A DNA stretch of 32,000 bases from Mucisphaera calidilacus (GCF_007748075.1 NZ_CP036280.1:2280001-2312000); one strand, 5' to 3'; numbered from the stretch's first letter, positions 22,746 to 31,763 are shown. Notes: generated by a model not told the origin, from the letters alone. Made by a program: numbers and translations.

Positions 22746-25289
22746 ATGCTGTACCACGGACACGTCCGAAGCGCTCTCGCGATCGCCTGCCTCACCGCAA
22801 CCACCGCCGTCGCCGGTGCAGCCGAGATCACCCTCTCCGATTTCAACAACGCCGGCTTCGACTACACCTTCGACAACTTCACGCAGACCCTCGGCCCTGA
22901 CGTCCTCAGACTCACTGACACCAGCGACGGCTGGGGGGGAGGCGGCATGAACGACGCCTACGACCTCTCGGCTTTCGCCGAAGCAAGGATCGTCGTCGAC
23001 GCCATCGCCAACCCCGACAACCGCGTCGACACGTTCACGATCGAACTCATCGACACCCACGGCAATTCAGGCAAGTGGGACTTTGCCACCACTGACCTGC
23101 TCCCGACCGGCAGCACACGACTCGTCGCGCGTAAGACCCTGGAGAACCCCGAGTCAGGCATCAACGACTACCAGAGTCTCGACCTCGCCAACATCACCAA
23201 ATGGCAGCTGCTCGGGCAGTGGAATTCGCCTTCGCCCGTCGACCTCAGCTTCGACAACGTCATCATCTCCACCGACGCCCCTCCGCCGCCCGCCTACCCC
23301 GGCGCCGAACCCGACGCCCCCTGGCGCGCCGAGGCCGCGGCACGCATCGAGCAGCACCGCAAGGCCGGTCTGAGCCTCATCGTCACAGCGGGCAACGCCG
23401 CCCCGGCCAGCGACGTCACCGTCCGCGTCGACATGACACGGCACGACTTCACCTGGGGAACCGCCGCCGCCGCCTGGCGCATTGAGGAGAACAACGCCGC
23501 CAGCCAGACGTACAAGGACAAACTCCACGAGAACTTCAACGCCGTGACGCTTGAGAACGCCCTCAAGTGGCCGCCGCTCGAAGGCGAGTGGGGCCACAGG
23601 TTCGACAAGCAGACCTCCGCTGCCGCACTCGACTGGCTCTCCGACAACAGCTTCGACGTCCGTGGCCACGTCCAGGTGTGGCCGGGTTATGACAACCTCC
23701 CTGGATCGGTCAGAACTAAGATCGACGCGTTCAACAGCACTGCCTCCGCCACAGTTCGGGACCAGCTCCGCGCCGAGATCCAGACCCTCATCGAGGATCA
23801 CATCACCGAGCTCGCCCTGCACACCGACGGGACCATCACCTGGTGGGACATGGTCAACGAGACCCGCGCCAACCGCGACCTCATCGAGATCTTCGGCGAA
23901 TCCGAGGTCGCCCACTGGTTCAACCTCGGCAGACAGGCCAACCCCGACACCCCTCTGTTCCTCAATGACTACGGCATCCTCTCCTCGGGTGGGAGTACCA
24001 ATTCCAACAACCAGCAGTTTTACGAAGACCAGATCCAACGCATCATCGACGACGGCGGAGCCATCGACGGCATCGGCTTCCAGGCTCACTTTGACGAGAA
24101 CAGCATCACCGGTCCCGCAGCAATCAACACCATCCTCGACCGATATGCCGCGTTTGGCCTCGACCTCCACATCACCGAGTTTGACCTCGATACCACCGAC
24201 GAGGAGCTCCAGGCACAGTACACCCGCGACTTCCTCACGATCATCTTCGCGCACCCCGACGTCGACGCCTTCACCATGTGGGGGCTCTGGGAAGATGCCC
24301 ACTGGAAACCCGACGCGGCGATGTACCGTAACGACTGGTCCATCAAGCCCAACGGCATCGCCTATCAGGACCTCGTGCTCAACCAGTGGTGGACCGACGA
24401 GCAAACCTCCACCGACGCTGAGGGTCAGGCCGCCGCCCGCGTCTTCCTTGGCACACACACCATCACGCTCGAACACCGGGGCATCACCCAGACTTACCTA
24501 GGCGTCAACATCGACGACGACACCAGCCTCGATCTCCAGCTCGCTGACGGCTACGACGGAACCATCCACGCCGACGTCACCAACACCTCAGGCAGACTCC
24601 ACGTCGCAGGCGACGGCATCATCGGTCGACTCAGCCTCGCGGGCAGCTACACCCAAATCGACGATGCGACCCTCGTACTCGATCTCGAGCCGACCGGGCG
24701 CGACACCCTCTTCGCCGACACGATACACCTCGGCGGAACCCTCGAACTGCGCGTCGCCTTCGGCTACACGCCCGCGCCCGGGACCCCACTGCCCATCTTC
24801 TTCGCTAACCAGTACACCGGTGCCTTCGACGACGTGTTCGCCGACCGACTCGTCGTCGAAACCTACACCGCCGGACAGCTCTTTGGCGTCAACGTCCTCG
24901 CAATCCTGGGCGACTTCAACCTCGACCAGCAACTCACGGCCGACGATGTCGACATCCTCCTCGCCAACCTCGGCAACCCCGCCTACGACCTCACCCGCGA
25001 CAACACCGCCGACCACGACGACCTCCACCACCTCATCACCTTCCTGATGCAGGGCACCCCGGGTGACGCCAACCTCGATCACACCGTCGATCTTCTCGAC
25101 CTCTCCATCCTCGCCGCCAACTTCGACACCGCCGGCAACTGGACCGCGGGCGACTTCAACAACGACAACAGCATCAATCTCCTCGACCTCTCGATCCTTG
25201 CCGCCAACTTCGGCAGGAGCACCATCCCCGAGCCCGGCACACTCACCGCGCTCCTCTTGTCCACCACACTCTGCCGTCGTCGCCGATAG
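22746..25289 (+). CDS. Cell-surface GH10 xylanase: N-terminal unassigned module, GH10 domain, beta-strand-repeat region, dockerin-like repeats and PEP-CTERM anchor
   Basis: 847 aa with signal peptide MLYHGHVRSALAIACLTATTAVAGA. GH10 blocks: FNAVTLENALKWP, VRGHVQVWPGY, WDMVNET, HITEFDLD. C-terminus GDFNLDQQLTADDVDILL...[21 protein letters not shown]...GDFNNDNSINLLDLSILAANFG, then TIPEPGTLTALLLSTTLCRRRR. Confidence 0.9.
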   Translation: MLYHGHVRSALAIACLTATTAVAGAAEITLSDFNNAGFDYTFDNFTQTLGPDVLRLTDTSDGWGGGGMNDAYDLSAFAEARIVVDAIANPDNRVDTFTIELIDTHGNSGKWDFATTDLLPTGSTRLVARKTLENPESGINDYQSLDLANITKWQLLGQWNSPSPVDLSFDNVIISTDAPPPPAYPGAEPDAPWRAEAAARIEQHRKAGLSLIVTAGNAAPASDVTVRVDMTRHDFTWGTAAAAWRIEENNAASQTYKDKLHENFNAVTLENALKWPPLEGEWGHRFDKQTSAAALDWLSDNSFDVRGHVQVWPGYDNLPGSVRTKIDAFNSTASATVRDQLRAEIQTLIEDHITELALHTDGTITWWDMVNETRANRDLIEIFGESEVAHWFNLGRQANPDTPLFLNDYGILSSGGSTNSNNQQFYEDQIQRIIDDGGAIDGIGFQAHFDENSITGPAAINTILDRYAAFGLDLHITEFDLDTTDEELQAQYTRDFLTIIFAHPDVDAFTMWGLWEDAHWKPDAAMYRNDWSIKPNGIAYQDLVLNQWWTDEQTSTDAEGQAAARVFLGTHTITLEHRGITQTYLGVNIDDDTSLDLQLADGYDGTIHADVTNTSGRLHVAGDGIIGRLSLAGSYTQIDDATLVLDLEPTGRDTLFADTIHLGGTLELRVAFGYTPAPGTPLPIFFANQYTGAFDDVFADRLVVETYTAGQLFGVNVLAILGDFNLDQQLTADDVDILLANLGNPAYDLTRDNTADHDDLHHLITFLMQGTPGDANLDHTVDLLDLSILAANFDTAGNWTAGDFNNDNSINLLDLSILAANFGRSTIPEPGTLTALLLSTTLCRRRR

Positions 25290-25295
25290 CGTCGA

Positions 25296-27830
25296 TTATC
25301 GCTCGATCACGCACGCCCAGTCTTCATCTGAACCGTGCGGTGCACGACCGATACCCTCCACACTTCCGCCACGCACACGACGGACCGTTCCCTCCATCTG
25401 TTCACCCCCCTCGCGCGGGTCAAACCACCGCACCGACAACCAGCCCCGCGCGTCCGAGAGGTCCAGCCGCACGTCCTGACGATCCGACATGTACACCACA
25501 TACACCTCGCCTGGCTTCGCCAGGCAGTGCACGTGCCCCAGATCCTCCGTCGTCACGATCAGATCGTCACGACTCACCATCTCACGCACGGGCAGGCTCC
25601 TGAAGAACGTCAACGCGTGTCCCGCCCAGCGCCAGCTCGCGTCACGACTCCGCCAGTCCTCGCACACCAGATCATTCTCAGGCAGCTTGTACCCAAAGTA
25701 ATACTCCACACCTGCGCCACCCGCCATCAGGTTCCCCCACAACGTCCGCTTGCGCACGTCCGCCGCCGTGTAATCCACCATCGACGGGTCAAAACCCGGA
25801 TACCCAGCGTCAGGCGGCACGCCCGTCGTCGCATGGCCCTGCTCGTCATTCGTCACGATCCACGTCTTCCCCGACGCCTCCGATGCACGCAGCCACTTCA
25901 GCGTCAACGCGTGCACCTTCGACCAGTCATTCTGAAGACTCGCCGACGTCAGCACCGAACGATCGCCGAGCAACGGCTCGTACACCTCGTCCTGTCGATG
26001 CGGGTAGGAGTGCACGTCGATCGGATGGTCATAGGCGTCGATCTGGTCCAGGTAGGCGCCCATCGCACGCAGCTGCGCTGGCGTCTGCGTGTTCTCCTCT
26101 CCCAGAATCCATGTGAGCACCGGCAGGTGTGCGTACCGAGCCACCAGCTCCCGCAGATAAAGCTTTCGCTCCAGCCCCAGCTCCCCGCCGTCCAACGCTC
26201 GCGGGACATCCGACACCTGATCAACACCGCGAACCAGGTCGTCGTTCTCCGTCTCCTGCAGCTTGAAGTGCAGGTGAATCCCACGCCGCTGCGCGTGATC
26301 AAACACGATCCCCCACTGGTCCAGCTTCGAGCAGTCAAACCGATGCGTCCGCACCCGCGACACATAAGGCCAGACATTATCCCCGTCCCCTCCGGCGTTG
26401 TACGTCAGGAACGAAACCGTGTTGCACCCCGTCGACGCCAGGTAATTCAATGCACCGATCAGACCCTTGCCCTGATCGCCACGCCACACCGGATCACCCT
26501 CACGCCAGTCACCCACATGCGCCGTATAGGTCTTGAGCGGCCCGCGACGAATCGTTGCTACCGTCCCGTCAAAGTCCTCATACGCCAGCAGCGTCTCGGG
26601 CGAATCGGGACCCGCCTTCAGAAACACCGCATCACTCCCCAGATGACGCGGGTAGCGCTCACCCAGATAAACCACACGCCCCGCACCCCGGAAATCGGAC
26701 ACCCCCTTGTCCGTCTCAGCGACCTCGAACGAACCCCGCAGCCCGTTGTAGGCCGCAACCGGCTTGCCATCGTCCGAGACCGCGCAGTTCGGCCCCGTGT
26801 GCAATGAGACGCTGTAATGCCACACACCAGCACGGTCAGGCGAGAAGTGCGCCCGCCACGTCGTGCCCGACGCCGCCCCCGTCTGCCCCGCATTACCGTC
26901 CGCCGCAAAGTACCCGGGCACCGTGTAGACCGGGAGGCCCGACGCGTGCCGGAAACGAGCCGTCATCCGGTAATCCGTGAACGGGTTGATCGCGCCACCC
27001 AGTTCATGCGCGAACGGACCATCCAGTGAAAGCGTGGTCGTGTGCCACACACGACGCTCGCCGCTGATCGTCACCTCCCCCGAGCCAGCCGCGCCGTCAG
27101 GCAGCACCTCCGCCTCAGGCAGCGCTCCCGCCGCCACACGAACCTCCGGACCCGTCGATCCCTCCGGGTGCTCATAGTCCGGGTCCAGCGTCATGAACCA
27201 CTTGTCAAACTCCGTGCCGTCCTCACGCATCGAGAACTGCACCACGTGCTCGCCCGCCTCCTCGATGTCCAGCCAGATCTGGCCCGGCACGCCCGTGTGC
27301 ACCTCCGCCGTCCGCTGCTTGCTGTCCCACCACCACGTGCGCTTCGCCGTCCATTGCAGACGCCGACCACTCTCGGGCCATTCGCCATTCAAACCCACGT
27401 GCAGCCCGTTGTCTTCCGTCCCCGTCGAATAGATCCGTGCCCAGACGTAATAACGACCGGGCTCGTCCACCCGTACCCGGTAACTCAGCACCGCCATCGT
27501 CCCCGGCTCGTGCGCAATATTCTCACCCACCACCAGCGGGTCGTCATGCGTCCGACGCGTGTCAGGCAGCACCTCCAGATACGCCTCCCCCGAAGCGCCC
27601 CGCGCATGATTATCGTCCGGGTCACTGCTCGACTCAGGCGTCTGGTCAAGTGTCACCAGCCGCCACGAACGAACCTCCCCCTTGGTCTGATCAAAAGCAT
27701 GCTCCGCCTCGACAGCGATCACACCCTCAACCGCACCAAAGACCACGTCCTCAGGCACCTGAGCCCACGCACCCGCGACACCCCAGAACCAACCCAGCCA
27801 GACCACAAAAACCAGCCTCGAAACAGACAC
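25296..27830 (-). CDS. Secreted DUF5060-domain glycoside hydrolase (GH5-like TIM barrel) with N-terminal CBM-like domain and C-terminal collagen-binding-type beta-sandwich
   Basis: DUF5060 pattern NPFTDYRMTARFRHASGLPVYTVPGYFAADGNAG...WRAHFSPDRAGVWHYSVS, then a TIM-barrel-like part (GCNTVSFLTYNAGGDGDNVWPY, HLHFKLQETEND, ILGEENT). I prefer GTG 27830 ((M)SVSRLVFVVWLGWFWGVAGAWAQ, a signal peptide). The track start GTG 27887 is the alternative. Confidence 0.85.
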   Translation of the reverse strand: MSVSRLVFVVWLGWFWGVAGAWAQVPEDVVFGAVEGVIAVEAEHAFDQTKGEVRSWRLVTLDQTPESSSDPDDNHARGASGEAYLEVLPDTRRTHDDPLVVGENIAHEPGTMAVLSYRVRVDEPGRYYVWARIYSTGTEDNGLHVGLNGEWPESGRRLQWTAKRTWWWDSKQRTAEVHTGVPGQIWLDIEEAGEHVVQFSMREDGTEFDKWFMTLDPDYEHPEGSTGPEVRVAAGALPEAEVLPDGAAGSGEVTISGERRVWHTTTLSLDGPFAHELGGAINPFTDYRMTARFRHASGLPVYTVPGYFAADGNAGQTGAASGTTWRAHFSPDRAGVWHYSVSLHTGPNCAVSDDGKPVAAYNGLRGSFEVAETDKGVSDFRGAGRVVYLGERYPRHLGSDAVFLKAGPDSPETLLAYEDFDGTVATIRRGPLKTYTAHVGDWREGDPVWRGDQGKGLIGALNYLASTGCNTVSFLTYNAGGDGDNVWPYVSRVRTHRFDCSKLDQWGIVFDHAQRRGIHLHFKLQETENDDLVRGVDQVSDVPRALDGGELGLERKLYLRELVARYAHLPVLTWILGEENTQTPAQLRAMGAYLDQIDAYDHPIDVHSYPHRQDEVYEPLLGDRSVLTSASLQNDWSKVHALTLKWLRASEASGKTWIVTNDEQGHATTGVPPDAGYPGFDPSMVDYTAADVRKRTLWGNLMAGGAGVEYYFGYKLPENDLVCEDWRSRDASWRWAGHALTFFRSLPVREMVSRDDLIVTTEDLGHVHCLAKPGEVYVVYMSDRQDVRLDLSDARGWLSVRWFDPREGGEQMEGTVRRVRGGSVEGIGRAPHGSDEDWACVIER

Positions 27831-27969
27831 GTCATGCCCTTTCAATAATCTAACTCGTCCCCAGTGTAACGCCGCCCGTGATCCCACACCCTCTCAACCC
27901 TCACCCACACCAGACAGCCAGAGGCCGACGGCCGGATCTCGTGATCAGAGGGATGCCCGAGAGGATGTG

Positions 27970-29283
27970 TCAGTCGTCAGACTGGACTTCCTTGAGGGCG
28001 AAGGCGGAGACGGCGGCGAGGGCGCAGAGGATGGCGAAGAGGGCGAGGACGGCGGGTGTGCCGTAGGCCTGCGCGATGATGCCGAAGCCTGAGGTCAGGA
28101 GCAGGAGGGCGCCGATGATGGTGTTGGAGAGTGCGGTGTAGGCGGCGCGGGTTTCGGGTGTGGCCATGTCGACGAGGTGGACGGACCGTCCGAGGCGCAC
28201 GCCCTGGTAGGCGATCATGAGGGCGAAGAGGCAGAACGGGAGCATGAGGTAGAGGGTTGATGCGTTGGGCATAATCCATGCGAGCGTGGCGGTACTGGCG
28301 AGGATCGCCGCGGCGATGAGTGCGGAGAGGATGAGGACCCATCGGCTCGAGCGGTCGGCGAGTCTGCCCCACGCGTAGGTGCTGAGGAGTGCCGCGAGTG
28401 AGCTGGCGATCACGAACCACCCGAGTCGGCTGTAGCCGGCGTCGCGTTGGTCGAGCATGACGATGTAGGGCGGAGCGATGGCGGTGGTGGTGAGGAGCCC
28501 GCGTGTGAGGATGTAGATCAGGAGTTGCCGGTCGGTGGTGAGGCGTGTGAGGTTCTCGCGGACGACGCTGAGCGGTGTGCGTCCGCCCTCGGTCGATCCT
28601 GCTTCTTCATGGAGACGGGCCATGAGCAAGGCGGCGGTGATCCAGAGGGTGGCGGCGAGAAGAAGGACGGCGACGATGACGGGAATGGTGCGCGGGAGGA
28701 TGCCCGTGGCCAGAAGGATGCCGAAGGTGAGGACGCCAGCGGCGGCGAGCGTGCTGGCGGTTCCGGTGGCGGTTCCGCGCGTGGCCTTGGAGACGGTCTT
28801 GCCCAGGACATCCTTGTAGCTGACGGAGCAGACGGAGCGCCCAAGGGCGAAGACGGCGAGGAGTGCGGTGATGGCGATGCCTGCCTCGGCGCCGCGGAGG
28901 AGCATGGCGGCGGCAGCGATACCCATGACGGCGAGGGCCTGGACGAGTGAGCCGGCGGCCCAGGCCCACTTGCGCTGGGGCATGGATCGGATCCATCCGG
29001 AGCTGACGAGCTGGGGCAGGAGTGATCCGGCCTCGCGGACGGGGACGAGGAGGCCGACGAATCCGGCGGGTGCGCCGAGCGCGTTGACGAGCCAGCTGAG
29101 GACGAGTTTGGGATCAATGAGCCCGTCGCCTGTCTTGGTGCATGCGAGGGTGGCGACGTGGGTGAAGAAGTTGGCGGGTTGTTCCCTGCAGGCTTCGTCG
29201 GGGATGTCCCGGCAGGCCCTGCCGTCATCCTCGGCGGTGAGGAGTTGGTGGGCCCGTTCGAGGGTGGTTGAGGAGTCGGTCAC
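27970..29283 (-). CDS. MFS transporter (family with conserved N-terminal Cys-containing cytoplasmic segment)
   Basis: The track ORF extends to 29517 through a Pro/Thr-rich stretch that overlaps the upstream gene. I start at GTG 29283, 10 nt after stop 29294. DDGRACRDIPDEACREQPANFFTHVATLACTKTGDGLIDPKLVLSWL is followed by about 12 hydrophobic helices. Confidence 0.8.
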   Translation of the reverse strand: MTDSSTTLERAHQLLTAEDDGRACRDIPDEACREQPANFFTHVATLACTKTGDGLIDPKLVLSWLVNALGAPAGFVGLLVPVREAGSLLPQLVSSGWIRSMPQRKWAWAAGSLVQALAVMGIAAAAMLLRGAEAGIAITALLAVFALGRSVCSVSYKDVLGKTVSKATRGTATGTASTLAAAGVLTFGILLATGILPRTIPVIVAVLLLAATLWITAALLMARLHEEAGSTEGGRTPLSVVRENLTRLTTDRQLLIYILTRGLLTTTAIAPPYIVMLDQRDAGYSRLGWFVIASSLAALLSTYAWGRLADRSSRWVLILSALIAAAILASTATLAWIMPNASTLYLMLPFCLFALMIAYQGVRLGRSVHLVDMATPETRAAYTALSNTIIGALLLLTSGFGIIAQAYGTPAVLALFAILCALAAVSAFALKEVQSDD

Positions 29284-29293
29284 AGGGGATAGG

Positions 29294-30040
29294 TTAGCGG
29301 CCCGCGGTGGCGGGGTTCCAGTTGTCGAGGGTGGGCGGTTGTGCTGAGGCGGGTCGTTCGTAGGACGCGCTGGTGGGAGCGATGGTGGCGTGGCCGTCGG
29401 CGAAGGTGGTGGAGAGTTTGTCGCTGTGTCGCAGGGCGAGGTCGTCGTCGGGGTTGACGTTGTAGAGGTTCCAGTAGTGTGCCATGACGTGGTTGGCGTC
29501 GTCCTCGACTTCGCCATGGATCACGGTCGCTGAGGGGGCGGGGAGTGCGCGTGCGGAGTGCCAGAGGTTGCCGTTGAGTGCGATGTTTTCTTCGGGGTCG
29601 TCAGGAATCAGGCTGGGGTAGACGGATTGCCCGTAGGAGAAGTCGGTGGTGGCGGTTCGCTGGTCTTCCGGGCAGCGGAGGTGGGTGTTGTAATAGGCGA
29701 GGGCGTCGGGGTTGTCTTCGAGGTAGAAGTCGCCGAAGAGTACAGCGGTTCGGACGGAGGGTGCGCCGAGATAGGGAGCGAGCTGGAGGTCCCATTCGAG
29801 GGTGTCGGAGAAGCCGCCGTGGTTGGTGGGCGGGAAGCGGTCGTCGTGGTCGTGGAGATAGATGATGAGTGCCTGGGCGATGGATCGTGTTTTGGCGAGA
29901 CAGTTCACGGCGCGGGCATGGGAGCGAGCGGCGGCGAGCGCGGGCAGGAGAATGCCGATAAGCAGCGCGATGATCGAGATCACGACGAGGAGTTCGATCA
30001 GGGTGAAGCCCGACGAGGATCGGTGGATCGGGTGATTCAT
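29294..30040 (-). CDS. Prepilin-type N-terminal cleavage/methylation domain protein, DUF1559 (H-X9-DG) pseudopilin
   Basis: [47 protein letters not shown], with C-terminal RHSDKLSTTFADGH (exact H-X9-DG). Its start overlaps the upstream stop (ATGA at 30040-30037). Confidence 0.9.
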   Translation of the reverse strand: MNHPIHRSSSGFTLIELLVVISIIALLIGILLPALAAARSHARAVNCLAKTRSIAQALIIYLHDHDDRFPPTNHGGFSDTLEWDLQLAPYLGAPSVRTAVLFGDFYLEDNPDALAYYNTHLRCPEDQRTATTDFSYGQSVYPSLIPDDPEENIALNGNLWHSARALPAPSATVIHGEVEDDANHVMAHYWNLYNVNPDDDLALRHSDKLSTTFADGHATIAPTSASYERPASAQPPTLDNWNPATAGR

Positions 30041-31032
30041 GCGGCGCTGCGTCGGGTTGCCGAGAGCGTGAGGGGCAAGAGGAGTGCGAGGGTTGAGGGA
30101 GTGGGGACGGCGTCGGTGTTGAAGTGAGTGGCAAGGAGAGAGAGGTCGAGGAGGTTGGTGGTGCCGTCGCCGTTGGCATCGCCCTGCGTCCAGCTGGTGT
30201 TGGTGTCGTCGAAGCTGGCGGCGAGATTGGAGAGGTCGAGGAGGTCGACGGTGAAGTCGAGGTTGGTGTCTGCCGGGAGTGTGCCGATGAGGGTCTGGAT
30301 GAGGTAGGTGCGGTCGTCGTTGTTGACGATGCCGTTGTTGTCGTAGTCCATGTCGGGTGTGGTGGTGTCGGTACGGAGGGCGAGGCTGATGGCGTCGATG
30401 TCGTCGGCGGTGTAGTCGGGTGTGGAGACGTTATCGATCCATGTGAGGGTGATTTCGCCTGGGATAAAGAGCTCGCTGAGGGAGCCGGGTGTTCCGTTGA
30501 GGTCCTGAGCAACGTAGACGGAGAAGGTGGCTTCGTAGGTTCCGGGTTCGTCGGTGACGTGCCAGTGGTGGGTCATGCGTCCGTCCCACTGCCAGTAGGC
30601 GGGTGAGTCGTCGGTGGAGAAGATAGGCGCGAGCGTGTGTTCGCCGTTGAGGTCGCCGGAGATTCCGCCGCCGGCATCGGTGCCGTAGGCGCCTTCGTAG
30701 ATGTGGAGTCCGGGCGTGCTGTCGATGCGTTCGATGAAAACCCCTTCGCCGGGTCCGGGCCCCCATCGTCCCTGCCGGAGCCAGCCGTACTGGGCGTTGT
30801 AGGCGCGGTCTTCGAGAACGTCGTAGGGCGGGTCAAGGGGTGGTTCGCCGGGGACCATGAGCAGGCCGTCGCCCGGGTCGTCATCGAAGGTGATGACGAG
30901 GGGGAAGCTGCCGTTGACGGGCGCCGCGACGCCGACGTTGAGGTGGTTCATGAGCCCGCCGAGGTAGACACCATCGGCGAGCGCATGGGTCGCGAGGCAG
31001 AGTGTCATGATCAGGGAGGTGAGGTTTCTCAT
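30037..31032 (-). CDS. Secreted protein: unknown N-terminal domain (paralogue of the next gene), dockerin-like repeats and PEP-CTERM-like anchor
   Basis: 331 aa with signal peptide MRNLTSLIMTLCLATHALA. C-terminus [20 protein letters not shown]...GDANGDGTTNLLDLSLLATHF, then VPTPSTLALLLPLTLSATRRSAA (PEP replaced by PTP). Its start overlaps the upstream stop (ATGA at 31032-31029). Confidence 0.8.
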   Translation of the reverse strand: MRNLTSLIMTLCLATHALADGVYLGGLMNHLNVGVAAPVNGSFPLVITFDDDPGDGLLMVPGEPPLDPPYDVLEDRAYNAQYGWLRQGRWGPGPGEGVFIERIDSTPGLHIYEGAYGTDAGGGISGDLNGEHTLAPIFSTDDSPAYWQWDGRMTHHWHVTDEPGTYEATFSVYVAQDLNGTPGSLSELFIPGEITLTWIDNVSTPDYTADDIDAISLALRTDTTTPDMDYDNNGIVNNDDRTYLIQTLIGTLPADTNLDFTVDLLDLSNLAASFDDTNTSWTQGDANGDGTTNLLDLSLLATHFNTDAVPTPSTLALLLPLTLSATRRSAA

Positions 31033-31721
31033 CGCCGGCGTGCTCCGAGGAGTACGAGGGGGAGCAGGAAGGCGGCGGAGGCGGGTTCGGGGAGGACGGT
31101 GAATCCGAGGGTGACGGTGGTGTCGGTGTAGGTGGTGATGGGGTTGGCGTCGAGGTCGCTGACGTAGACGCGGAAGGTGAGGTCGTAGTCACCCGGCGCG
31201 GAGAAGGTGTACCAGTTGTGCTGCATGAGGAAGTCGTCGTCCCAGACCCATGCGGCGGGGCTCGCGTCGGTACCGTGGATGGGGCTCATGGCGTGGCCGA
31301 CGCTGTTGAGCTGCATGCCGTTGCCGCCCTCGTAAATGCCGATGGTTCCGGGTCCGGCGGTGGAGAGGAGTTCGAAGGCGATGTGCTCGTCGGGAGCGAT
31401 GTCGATGGGCGTGAAGCCGATGGTCTGGTCTTCGAGCCAGCCGTACTGGGCGTTGAAGGGGATGTTGTTGAGGACGTCGTAAGGCGTGGTGTAGGGCCCG
31501 CCGGTCATGGCGACGAGTCGTTGATCGGGTGTTGCGCCGCCTGAGGGGCCGTCGCGGAGGATGGCGGAGACGGCGTTATTCTGGACGGCGACTTCGACGT
31601 GGATCATGCCGTTGCCGGGCATGCCGAGGCCGCTGGTCATGCCGGGCATCGGGGGGATGGCGGCGTGAGCGTTGGCGGCGGCGAGGGTGGTCAGGACGGT
31701 GAGGGAAGCGATGCGGAACAT
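31029..31721 (-). CDS. Secreted PEP-CTERM protein with unknown domain (paralogue of 30037..31032)
   Basis: 230 aa. GGGAGA lies 9 nt upstream of ATG 31721. Signal peptide MFRIASLTVLTTLAAANAHA. The C-terminus VLPEPASAAFLLPLVLLGARRR is a canonical PEP-CTERM. Confidence 0.8.
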   Translation of the reverse strand: MFRIASLTVLTTLAAANAHAAIPPMPGMTSGLGMPGNGMIHVEVAVQNNAVSAILRDGPSGGATPDQRLVAMTGGPYTTPYDVLNNIPFNAQYGWLEDQTIGFTPIDIAPDEHIAFELLSTAGPGTIGIYEGGNGMQLNSVGHAMSPIHGTDASPAAWVWDDDFLMQHNWYTFSAPGDYDLTFRVYVSDLDANPITTYTDTTVTLGFTVLPEPASAAFLLPLVLLGARRR

Positions 31722-31742
31722 GGTTGGGTTTCTCCCGAGTGG

Positions 31743-31763
31743 ACTGCGGTGCGCGACCGCAGT
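31743..31763 (-). other. GC hairpin just upstream of the RBS of the 31721 gene
   Basis: ACTGCGGT-gcgcg-ACCGCAGT: a perfect 8-bp stem with a 5-nt loop, between stop 31817 and start 31721. No T-tract on either strand. Confidence 0.4.

Noticed and set aside
25280-25300. CGATA...TATCG partial palindrome in the 6-nt gap between the convergent GH10 and DUF5060 genes
   Set aside because: The arms are 5 bp and mostly inside coding sequence, with no T-tract.
29284-29517. Pro/Thr-rich N-terminal extension of the MFS ORF
   Set aside because: Low-complexity sequence (TTPTTSWHTTGTSTTSTPTTTSP...) that overlaps the 3' end of the pseudopilin gene. GTG 29283, just after that gene's stop, starts the conserved MFS N-terminus.
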